A stretch of DNA of 62,297 nucleotides from Malacoraja senta. Lineage: Eukaryota. Made by a program: the position numbers and the translations under genes. This document shows, piece by piece, positions 11,736-22,530 of the stretch (positions within the stretch are counted from its first letter, which is position 1; the number at the start of each line of letters is the position of its first letter). The stretch is from assembly GCA_038087875.1 (NCBI GenBank), contig JAXLNO010000576.1, positions 1 to 62,297 of the forward strand. Direction: 5' to 3'. Below the pieces are notes generated by a model, which worked only from the letters and a program-made list of their open reading frames with translations, had not been told where the DNA came from and made no database searches.

Positions 11736-12444
11736 ATGAGTTTAGGGGACTGAGAAGCATAGTTAAGAAGGAAATCAGGAGGGCCGAAAAGGGGGCAGGG
11801 GATAGCTTTGACGGATAAAATTAAACACTAAACACTGTTTAGTGCCCACTGACAGTGGAGGATGCACGAAATGTCGTGACTGGTGCGCATTAGATGCTAT
11901 TTGGTGAATTGAGTTGAGTTTCGTTTATTGTCACATGCACTGCATCTCCTGTCCAGGTGTACTGTAGATGGCTTTAGGTGTGCGGGGAATTGTGCTGGTT
12001 TATTAGACATCACAGAAGCTCCTTATACTGAATAGTCCAGGGGTTTATAGGTTTAGTCACCAATAAGCAGACCATGCAACAGGCTGTAAATTTTTAGATG
12101 CTGTTAATAGTAGTCTCTGCTTTTCTGATTGTTCACTAATATTTGACTAGTCAGGTGGATAATAATAATAAAACGTCCAGGTACTTATGCGAACAATAAA
12201 CATTCTTAGGAATTGGTGAGTTACCTTCCATTGGGACCCTGGTCAAGATTTCGTCAGATAGAATTTATTTTTACACTTTGTGCACATTTACACCTACTAA
12301 AGGTGCAGATGCTAATGGTATCACGGTTTATATCATTTGATGTATTATATGTTTACCTTTGGAGCCAGGGATCATGATATTGCAATCTGCAGACAATGTT
12401 ATTTATGTAGAGTAAACAATTAGATTTTAATTTAGAGTTATAGT

Positions 12445-12872
12445 GTCATATAGTCATACAGCGTGGAAACAGGCCCTTCGGCCCAACTTACCCACACATG
12501 TCCCTACTACACTGGTCCCACCTGCCTGCGTTTGGCTCATATCCCTCAAAACCTGTCCTATCCATGCACCTGTCTAACTGCTTCTTAAATGTTGCGATAG
12601 TCCCTGCCTCAACTACCTCCTCTGTCAACTCCTTCCACACACCCACCACCCTTTGTGTGAAAATGTTACCCCTCATATTCCTATTAAATCATTTCCCCTC
12701 CACCTTAAACCTATGTCCTCTGGTCGTTGATTCCCCTAGTCTGGGCAAGAGGCTCTGTGCATCTACCCGATCTACTCCTCTCATGATTTTATACACCTCT
12801 ATAAGATCATCCCTCATCCTCCTGCTCTCCAAGGAATAGAGTCCCAGCCGCCTCAACCTCTCCCTATAGCTT
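12445..12872 (-). mobile_element. CR1 3' fragment
   Basis: FTQRVVGVWKEL...FKKQLD plus HER1-like tail. Confidence 0.88.
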
Positions 12873-13649
12873 AATAATTCTTTAAATTATTGGACATCAG
12901 GAATTGATCGTCCCTGCAGCCTTGCATAATGTGTGATCGTTGGACAGCAGCCAGAGGCTCTGCACCAGCTCATGATTTTTAAGAGAATTTTATCGCATGT
13001 AATACATCTGGAATTTACATTAAGAGACTTTCATTAAACTGAGTACCTTTAAAATCAATAGAAGTAAAGTTTGGGACAAAATGCACTAAGGTAGAGTTTA
13101 GAGATCTGATATTTTAATGTGACTGGGTTTCAGACATTTTTATGACCTTATGGAGTTTTACTAATCTTTACTAATAAAATGTCAGAATAGTTTCAAGAGT
13201 CCATAGATCAGGTTATGGGGGGGGGGGGGGGGGGGTGGGTGGGGTGGTGGGAGGGAGGGAGGGGGGTTGGGGAGAGAACGGGGCTGAAGAGCATTTCCAT
13301 TCTTAACAACCGTGGATGGCAATCATGTGAATGTCAAAGACAAAGCTGTATACAATGTTGAGTCGGAGCTGATGAGTTTGAAAAATTGAAACCCCAGAAT
13401 ATTGAGCTGCCAGTTGTGTATTTCCCACAACCACATTTCTACAATGACCACAACATCATAATCCCAAGCTCTGCCTTCATCTACCTTTTTGGTCACAACC
13501 TCAAAATACTCAAATCAAAATGTGTGAGTGATGACCTCCCTTGTACAAAACCGTGTTGACTATCCCTAATCAGCCCATGTCCATCTTCGGACAATCTTGT
13601 CTATCCTGTTGGAATAATACTTTCAAACAGAGATACTTAAAATTGATAA

Positions 13650-14825
13650 AGTCATACACTATGGAAACAATTCCTTCGGCCCAACTTGCCCATTCGGACC
13701 AAGATGTCCCGTATACACTCGGCCCACCTGTCTGTGTTTGGCCTATATCCCTCTAAACCTTCCCTATCCATATATTTGTCCAAATGTTTTTTAAATATTA
13801 TAATACCTGCCTCAGCTACCTCCTCTGGCAGCTCGTTCCATATTCCCATAACCCTCTGGGGAAAATATTGCCCCTCAGTTTCCTATTAAATTTTATCCAC
13901 TCAGCTTAAACCTATGTCCTCTAGTTCTTGATTTCCCTACTCTTGATTTCTCTACTCTATCTATTCCCCTCATGATATCATACACTGCTACATGATCACA
14001 CCTCATCCTCCTACTCACCAATGAATAAAGTCCTAGCCTGCCCACCCTCTCCCTACAGCTCAGGCTTCAAGTCCTAGCAACATCCTAGAATATCTTCACT
14101 GCACTCTTTCCAGCTTAACAACATCTTTCCTATCGTAGGGTGACCAAAAATGAACACAAGGCTTCCAAATGTGGCATCTCCATCGTCTTGTACACCTGTA
14201 ACATATCGTCCCAACGTCTATACTCAGTACCTGATTGATGAAGGCCAATGTGCTGAAAGCCTTCTTGACCACCCTGTCTACCCTTTCAAGGAACTATGTA
14301 CTTGCACTTTAAATCCCTCTGCACGACAACACTCCCAGAGCCCTGCCATTCACTGTCAAGGTCCTGCGCTGTTTTGACTTCCCAAAATACAACAGCTCAT
14401 TATTACCTGCACTAAACTCCTTTAATCATTCCTCAGCCCACTTGCCCAACTAATCTAGATCCTGTCGTAATTTTTGATAACCACCTTCACTATCTACGAT
14501 ACCACTCACTTTAGTGCCATCTGCAAACTTACTAATCATGTTTTGCACATTCTCATCCAAATCGTTGATATAAACCACAAACGGTAATGGTCCCAGCACC
14601 AATCCCCGAGACACACCACTCGTCACAGGCTTCCAGTCTGAAAAATAACCTTCCACCATCAGCCTCTGATTCTTTCCACGAAGCTAATTTTCTATCCAGT
14701 CAGCTAGCTCTCCCTTGAGCCTCTGCGATTTAACCTTCAAGAGCCGCCTACCAGGCAAAACCTTATCAAATGTCTTGCTGAGGTCCATATGGTCAACGTC
14801 TATGGCTTTGTCCTCATCAACCTTT
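13650..14825 (-). mobile_element. CR1 3' fragment (RT domain to tail)
   Basis: VTSGV...LGPL.F..YINDLD...SKFAD motif, frameshifted. Confidence 0.88.
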
Positions 14826-15107
14826 TCTTCAAAAATGTTATGCTCCGCATTTTATTTGATGGTTTACGTGTATATAAAATGTCTGAATTTTAGCTTTAAG
14901 GTTATCAAACTAGATGCACGAGGCAGTTGGAGATGAAAATATTGGTATGCAGAGCTCATGTTAGTGATGTCATGCAGCCCTGCAGGGATTTGGCTAACCG
15001 ATCTGGCAGGTCGCAGACATTTAGATAACCTTTGTTCTTTATTTTTCCTTCTGACATGACTTAATTACATCTGTGTTTTGGGCCATATGGAGGAACATGT
15101 GTTACAA

Positions 15108-15822
15108 AATACAATTCAATACAAATTGCCTTTATTGTCATTCAAGCAGAGAGGTTTGAACGAAATTTCGTTCCCTGCAGTCATAACAATAAAATAAACA
15201 AAACATCACACAAAATTAGTACAATTTCACACATACATCCATCACAGTGAATCTCCAAACACCTCCTCAGTATGATGGAAGGCAAAAGTCTTATCTCTTC
15301 CCTTTTCTTTATTCTTCTCCCGCGTCGAGGCGATCGACGCTCCTGATGTTAAAGCCCCCGGTGAGCGTTGGTAAGTCCCGCGGCCGATTAAGCCGCACCT
15401 GGCGATGTAAGGCCCTGCGACGGGCCGATTCAAACTCCTCGATTCGGGGCGGGCGAGGTTGCTGTTGCGGGAGCTCTCGGACCAGGGACCTGCGAGCTCC
15501 CGATTTTACCTTCCACAGGGCCTGCGGCCGAGGCTCCGCAGTCGGGTCGCCGCCGCCGCCTCGCCACCACAGCCTCCGCGCCAGCCAGCTCCACAAGGTA
15601 AGGCCGAGGCTCCACGATGTTAGGCCCCAGCAAACGGAGACACGACAAAGGTCGCCTCTCCGTTAAAGGAAGAGATTAGAAAGATAAAAGTTTCCCCCAC
15701 CCCACCCCCCACACATATACACAACTAAAAATAAAAACAGAAAACATACTCTAACTAGACGGAAAAAAAAGAAAAAAGGACAGATGGACTGCAGGTGAGC
15801 CGCAGCCACAAGGCGCCGCCAC
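15108..15822 (-). mobile_element. GC-rich non-coding non-autonomous retroelement with Rex1-like 3' tail
   Basis: Minus strand starts GTGGCGGCGCC and ends ctgcagggaacgaaatttcgttc...gaatgacaataaaggcaatttgtattgaattgtat; no credible ORF. Confidence 0.55.
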
Positions 15823-15867
15823 ACCGAGTAATGTAGTCGTTTACCGATCAGATAATACTATTTGTTC

Positions 15868-16804
15868 GTAGACAAATGCTGGAGAAACTCAGCGGGTGAG
15901 GCAGCATCTATGGAGCGAAGGAAATAGGCGACGTTTCGGGTTGAGACGCTTCTTCAGACTGATGTGGGGTGGGGGGGCGCCAAGAAGAAAGGATGAGGCG
16001 GAGACAGTGGGCTGTGGGAGAGCTGGGAAGAGGAGGGGAAAGAAGGAGAAAGCAGGGACTACCTGAAATTGGAGACGTCAATGTTCATACCGCTGGGGTG
16101 TAAACTACCCAAGCGAAATATGAGGTGCTGCTCCTCCAATTTACGGTGGGCCTCACTCTGGCCATGGAGGAGGCCCAGGACAGAAAGGTCGGATTCGGAA
16201 TGGGAGGTTGAGTTGAAGTGCTGAGCCACCGGGTGATCAGGTTGGTTATTGCGAACCGAGCGGAGGTGTTGGGCGAAGCGATGCCAAACCTACGCTTGGT
16301 CTCGCTGATGTAGAGCAGCTGACACCTAGAGCAGCGGATGCAATAGATGAGGTTGGAGGAGGTGCAGGTGAACCTCTGCCGTACCTGGAAAGACTGCTTG
16401 CGTCCTTGAATGGAATCAAGGGGGAAGGTAAAGCGACAAGTGTAGCATTTCCTGCGGTTGCAAGGGAAAGTGCCAGGAGAGGTGGAGGTTTGGTGGGAAG
16501 GGATAAATTGACCAGGGAGTTACGGAGGGAGCGGTCTCTGTGGAAAGCCGAAAGAGGAGGAGATGGGAAGATGTGGCCAGTGGTGGGATCCCATTGGAGG
16601 TGGCGAAAATGTCGAAGGTTTATTTGTCGTGTGTGACGGCTGGTAGGGTGGAAGGTGAGGACAAGGGGGACTCTGCCCTTGTTATGAGTTGGGGGGATGG
16701 GGAGTGGGAACAGAGTTACGGGGTGTAGAAGAGACCCTGGTGAGAGCCTCATCTATAGTAGAAGAGGGGAACCCCCGTTCCCTGAAGAATGAGGACATCT
16801 CCGA
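15868..16804 (-). mobile_element. Penelope-like element 3' part: GIY-YIG endonuclease remnant plus terminal repeat
   Basis: Frameshifted RVPLVLTFHP...CNRRKCYTC...NLIYCIRCSRCQLLYISETKR...KLEEQHLIFRLGSLHPSGMNID, stop at 16059-16061. It runs directly into the short repeat with the hammerhead-like core (15868-15960). Confidence 0.88.
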
Positions 16805-17696
16805 TAGTTTGCATTACTTTAGATTGCACTATGGTCTTTGCTGCATTCTGCTGTTTTGTATTTGTTATTCTCTTGATTGTTGTATGTATTTTTATCAGGT
16901 ATCCTACCAATTCTATGAACTTCAAGCGAACAAGGAATTTTATTGCACCCTGGTGTATATGACAATAAACTCACCCGAATCGAACCATGGGTTTCAAGAT
17001 TGCCTCAAAACATGGCTATTTAAGAAAAAGGTTACCTGGCCTCATGCTTTCTGCATTAGGATGGAGAGGGACAGTTAATTCAGAGACTAGGCTTCTGAAC
17101 TTAAAGACAGGAGACTTTGAAGGTATGAGACGGGAATTGGCTCGGATAGACTGGCAAATTATACTTAAAGGGTTGATGGTGGAGATTCAATGGCAAAGAT
17201 TTATAGACCGCACGGATGAACTCCAAAAAATTGTTCATCCCTGTCTGGCGAAAAAATAAAACGGGGAAGGCTGCTCAACCGTGACTATTGAGGGAAATCT
17301 AGGATAGTGTTAAGTCCAAGGAAGAGGCATATAAATTGGCCAGAGGAAGCAACAAACCGGAGGACTGGGGGAAATTTAGAACTCAACAGAGGAGGACAAA
17401 GGGGTTAATTAAGAGGGGGGGGGGGAGAAGAGCATGAAAGAAAGCTTGCGGGGAATATAAAAACTGACTCTAAAAGCTTCTTCAGATATGTAAAAAGGAA
17501 AAGATTAGTGAAGACAAATGTAGGTCCCTTACAATCAGAGACAGGTGAATTTATAATGGGAAACAAGGAAATCGTGGAACAGTTAAACAAGTACTTTTGT
17601 CCTGTCTTCACTAAGGCAGACACAAACAATCTCCCAGAAATACTAGGGGACTGAGGATCTACTGGAAGGGAGGAACTGAAGGGAATCCACATTTGT

Positions 17697-17921
17697 GTTT
17701 AAGGAACTGCAGATGCTGGAAAATCGAAGGTAGACAAAAGTGCTGGAGAAACTCAGCGGGTGCAGCAGCATCTATGGAGCGAAGGAAATAGGCAACGTTT
17801 TGGGGCCGAAACCCTTCCTCAGACTGATGATAGGCAACGTTTCGGCCCGAAACGTTGCCTATTTCTTTCGCTCCATAGATGCTGCTGCACCCGCTGAGTT
17901 TCTCCAGCACTTTTGTCTACC
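17697..17921. mobile_element. Fold-back PLE-associated short element with 16-bp TSD
   Basis: GGGAATCCACATTTGT at 17681-17696 and 17922-17937; ~72-bp inverted arms at 17729-17800 and 17850-17921. Confidence 0.9.
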
Positions 17922-18489
17922 GGGAATCCACATTTGTCAGGAAATGGTGTTGGGTAACCTGTTGGGACTGAAGGCAGATAAATCCCCAGGGCCTCATGGT
18001 CTGCATCCCAGAGTACTCAAGGAGGTGGCCTTAGAAATCGTGGATGCATTGGTGATCATTTTCCAATGTTCTCTCGACTCTGGATCAGTTCTGGTGGACT
18101 GGAGGGTAGCCAGAGAGTACTCCACTTTTTAAGAAAGGAGGGAGAGAGAAAACAGGGAATTATAGACCAGTTAGCCTTACATCAGCAGTGGGGAAGATGC
18201 TTGAGTTGATTATTAAAGAAGTTATAGCAGCACATTTGGAAAGCAGTGACAGGATTGGTCAGTCAGCATGGATTTATGAAGGGGAAATCATGCTTGACTA
18301 ATCTTCTGGAAATTTTTGAGGCTGTAACAAGTAGAATGGATGAGGGCGAGCCAGTGGATGTGGTTTATCTAGACTTTCAAAAAGCCTTTGACAAGGTCCC
18401 ACAAGAGGTTAGTGTGCAAAATGAGAGCACATGGTGTTGGGGGTAAGGTATTGACATGGATAGAGAACTGGTTGGCAGACAGGAAGCAA

Positions 18490-18920
18490 GAATTTTGGAG
18501 ATTCTCGCTAGAATTTAGGAGATTGAGAGGGGATCTTATAGAAACGTACAAAATTCTTATGGGGTTGGACAGGCTAGATGCAGGAAGATTGTTCCCGATG
18601 TTGGGGAAGTCCAGGACAAGGGGTCACAGCTTAAGGATAAGGGGGAAATCCTTTAAGACCGAGATGAGGAAAAACTTTTTCACACAGAGAGTGGTGAATC
18701 TCTGGAACTCTCTGCCACAGAGGGTAGTTGACGCCTGTTCATTGGCTATATTTAAGAGGGAGTTAGATGTGGCCCTTGTGGCTAAAGGGATCAGGGGGTA
18801 TGGAGAGAAGGCAGGTACAAGATACTGAGTTGGATGATCAGCCATGATCACATTGAATGGCGGTGCAGGCTCGAAGGGCCGAATGGCCTACTCCTGCACC
18901 TATTTTCTATGTATCTATGT
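18490..18920 (+). mobile_element. Young CR1 3' fragment nested in the older CR1
   Basis: Interrupts the host at RKQ|RVG; nearly identical to 29632-30035; tail ctatgtatctatgt. Confidence 0.9.
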
Positions 18921-21039
18921 AAAGCGTAGGAATTAACAGGTCCTTTTCAGAATGGCAGGCAGTGACTAGTGGGATGCCGCAAGGCTCAGTGATGGGACCC
19001 CAGTTATTTACAATATATATTAACGATTTAGATGAGGGAATTAAATGTAACATCTCCAAGTTTGTGGATGACACAAAGCTGGGTGCAGTATGAGATGCGA
19101 GGAGGATGCTATCAGTCTGCAGGGTGACTTGGATAGGTTGGGTGAGTGGGCAGATGCATGGCAGATGCAGTATAATGTAGATAAATGTGAGGTTATCCAC
19201 TTGGGTGGCAAGAACAGGAAGGCATTATTATCTGAATGGTGTCAGATTAGGAAAAGGGGAGATGCAACGAGACCTGGGTGTGCTTGTACATCAGTCACTG
19301 AAAGTAAGCATTCAGGTACAGCAGGCAGTGAAGAATGCTAATGGCATGTTAGCCTTCATTGCGAGAGGATTTGAGTTTAGGAGCAAGGATGTTCTTCTGC
19401 AGTTGTACAGGGCCCTGGTGAGTCTGCACCTGGAGTATTGTGTGCAATTTTGGGCTCCTAATTTGAGGAAGGACATTATTGCTATTGAGGTAGCACAGCA
19501 TGGGTTCACCAGGTTAATTCCCGGGGTGGTGGGACTGACATATGATGAAAGAATGGGTCGACTGGGCTTCTATTCACTGGAGTTTAGATGAGAGGGGATT
19601 TTATAGAAACATAAAATTCTTAAAGGATTGGACAGGCTAGATGCAAGAAAAATTTCCCGATGTTGGGCGAGTCCAGAACCAGGGGTCACAGTTTAAGAAT
19701 AAGGGACTGAGATGAGGAAAAATGTTTTCACCCAGAGAGTTGTGAATCTGTGGAATTCTCTGCCACAGAAGGCAGTGGAGGACAATTCACTGGATGTTTT
19801 CAAGAGAGAGTTAGATTTAGCTCTGAGGGCTAAACGAATCAAGGGATATGGGGAAAAAGCAGGAACAGGGTACTGATTTTAGATGATCAGCCATGATCAT
19901 ATTGAATGGCGCTGCTGGCTCGAAGGACCGAATGGCCTACTCCTGCACTATTTTTGCTATGTTTTCTTTGTTTTCAACCAAGGTGGTAAAAGAGTTTCAT
20001 GGGATCTGGCTTTTTTAAATCATTTATTTTATTTTCATTATTAGCGTTTATTTTCAATTTATTTCAATTTATTTATAATTAATTTTGATTGGACCAATTT
20101 GGGATTTTGTTGTATTCTGTCCTAATCCCTTTCTAGGCTCTCTTAAAGTGGAGAATTCATCCTGATATGATTCCTTAAGGAGTAATAAACTTCTGTAATT
20201 TGACTGTTGCCATGTAGTTTGTTTTGGCAATCAAGGTGTGCACCTTGTGATTACCGACCTATGGTCACGTTTCCATTTTGAAAATCGTGAAATCATGAGG
20301 AAAATGTAGCACATGTCTACTCTGTAATTCCCACCACCATTGTCCCCTTAAAGCTTTTGCTTTCTTCAAGAGCTGTAACCTCACTATCAGCAGGGAAAAA
20401 TAGCTGGTGAAGCTGGTGAACTTCAGCCCCATTCTTTCAGAACTGAATATACAAGCCAAATTCTTAAATTACTGAATTCTGCTTTTTTTGGAGCAAATGT
20501 GTTTCAGCTGAGAGTGAACACTTAACAAGAATACCACATACATCATAATATGGTATGGCCCTTATGGAAATCATGGGGCCTGACAGGTTATATAGCATGC
20601 AAACTTGTCATTTTATCTACAAAATAATTTCTTGCTGCTGGCAGCACTGTATTCTTCATAGCTTAACGTTACCACCAGCATTGTATGCCTCTCGTTGATT
20701 ACTTGTGGCAGCACAATGCCTTACTGTGTCCCTTTCTATCATTTCCTCTTCTCAGTAAATGCAGACATCAAAAAGCTTTCAAGCATTTTCCAAGCAACAT
20801 ATTTGAGATTGTTTTCAATTGAAAAAAAGATGAAAACTATCTACCCTATCTCTGCCTTGCATAATATTATATACTGCTATCAGGTTCCCATTCTAGGGAT
20901 ACCTGAGTGTTTCTCCATTTATTGTCTAGACCATAAGGAATCTTCAGACAAGTGGAAAGGTAGCAGCATCTTCTTTTTGGTCAATACTTTATGGTGCGCT
21001 GATGTGTGGTCGTAGCTCAATTCTGCTCCCCAGAACTGT

Positions 21040-21825
21040 TATATCTATGTATAAAATGCCATCCATTTTATCCATGTTGGAAATTCACCTCAACCATCTA
21101 TGGTCCACATATCATCCCAAGCCAACATCAAGGTGACGATGGATGAATTATATTCCGTGTCAACTCTCTTGAATTAACAAACTGATGCCCCCGTCATCCT
21201 CCCTCGCGACTTCAATCAAGCTAACTTTAGGAATGCGCTCCATAAATATCATCAGCACATCCCCGACCCCATGTAGGATGTTAATACTCTTGACCACTAC
21301 TACACCACCGCCAAGTACACATATCACGCCAATCTTCACCCTCATTTTGACCTCTTTGATTATCTGTCGGCACTGCTCCCACTGGCTAGTAGACGGAAAC
21401 TGAAGCGATGTACCAACAAATAGAATAATGAGGAGGTGTGGGGTCTACCTCAGGACTGCTTGGAGTCAGTGGTCTGGAACATGTTCAAGATCACGTCATC
21501 CAGCTTTAGTGAGTATGCCTCAGTTGTCATCGATTTCTTCAAGTAATGCTGTTGGGATACATCGCAGTCTGGTTTTCTCTTGACTGCTGAAATCTATGAA
21601 TCTGAGAGTGGTGAACACAGCCCAGTCCATCGCGTGTTCGATACCATTCCACATCTTCACAGTATGTTTCATCAGGAAAACTGGAAGATCGTTAAAAATG
21701 CCTGTTATCCTTGCCATTCCCTTCCCTTTCTTATACCTTCTGGGAGAAGATACAGTAGCTTGAAAGCTTGGAAATGCAGACTTATGAACAGCTTCTCCCC
21801 CACTGCAATCTGACTCCTGGACCAA
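21040..21825 (+). mobile_element. Rex1/Babar LINE remnant (copy 1; copy 2 at 23303-24088)
   Basis: Degenerate CRPFYLPREF..DFNQANL endonuclease region joined to a GRRYSSLKA..RLMNSFSPTAI C-terminus. Confidence 0.65.
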
Positions 21826-22109
21826 TCACTTCTTTCACACTCCATGTGCACAACGACCTCTGGCTGTTCACCCTTCCTCTTGAGAGATGCATGGCCCTGG
21901 CACCAGAGAGGTAACACATCATCCTGGAGTCCTGTTTGAGGCCACAGAATCATCTCTCTGTTTGATCCCTAACTATAGAGTCTCCTATCACTATAGCACT
22001 GTCTGACTTTCCCTACCCCCACTGTGCCTCAGAGCCAGACCTGGTGTTATCAGGTTCAAGTATAGCTTCTTCCCAACAACCATCAGTTGCACTAAGAACT
22101 TTGGGCATT

Positions 22110-22530
22110 TGCCTGTACTCGCTGGAGTTTAGAAGAATGAGGGAGGACAGAAACATATCGAATTGTAAAAGGCTTGGATCGAGTGGATGTGGAGAGGATG
22201 TTTCCACTAGTGGGAGAGTCTAGTACTAGAGGTCATAGCCTCAGAATTAAAGGGCATTCTTTTAGGAAGAAGATGAGGAGAAATTTATTTAGTCAGAGGG
22301 TGGCGAATGTGTGGAATTCTTTGCCACAGAAGGCAGTGGAGGCCAAGTCAGTGAATATTTTTAAGGCAGAGATACCTGTAGATAGATTCTTGATTAGTAC
22401 AGGTGTCATAGGTTATGGGGAGAAGGCATGAGAATGGGGTTAGGAGAGAGAGATAGATGAGCCATGATTGAATGGCAGAGTAGACTTGATGGGCCGAATG
22501 GCCTAATTCTACTATCAGTTATGACCTTAT
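22110..22530 (+). mobile_element. CR1 3' fragment (copy 1; copy 2 at 24373-24797)
   Basis: TRGHSLRIKG...FSQRVANVWNSLPQ plus tail. Confidence 0.85.

Larger units (their letters stand above)
17050..19965 (+). mobile_element. 5'-truncated CR1 ORF2 (older subfamily) carrying two nested insertions
   Basis: KSPGP.GLHPRVLKE, QHGFMKGKSCLTNL, YLDFQKAFDKVP, HLEYCVQFW; several frameshifts; 3' tail. Confidence 0.92.

Noticed and set aside
12150..12222. attcttaggaattg|gtgagt as the missing ILGIC exon end
   Set aside because: The upstream sequence does not align to NDDT/PDLCAEE, so it is unsupported by eye.
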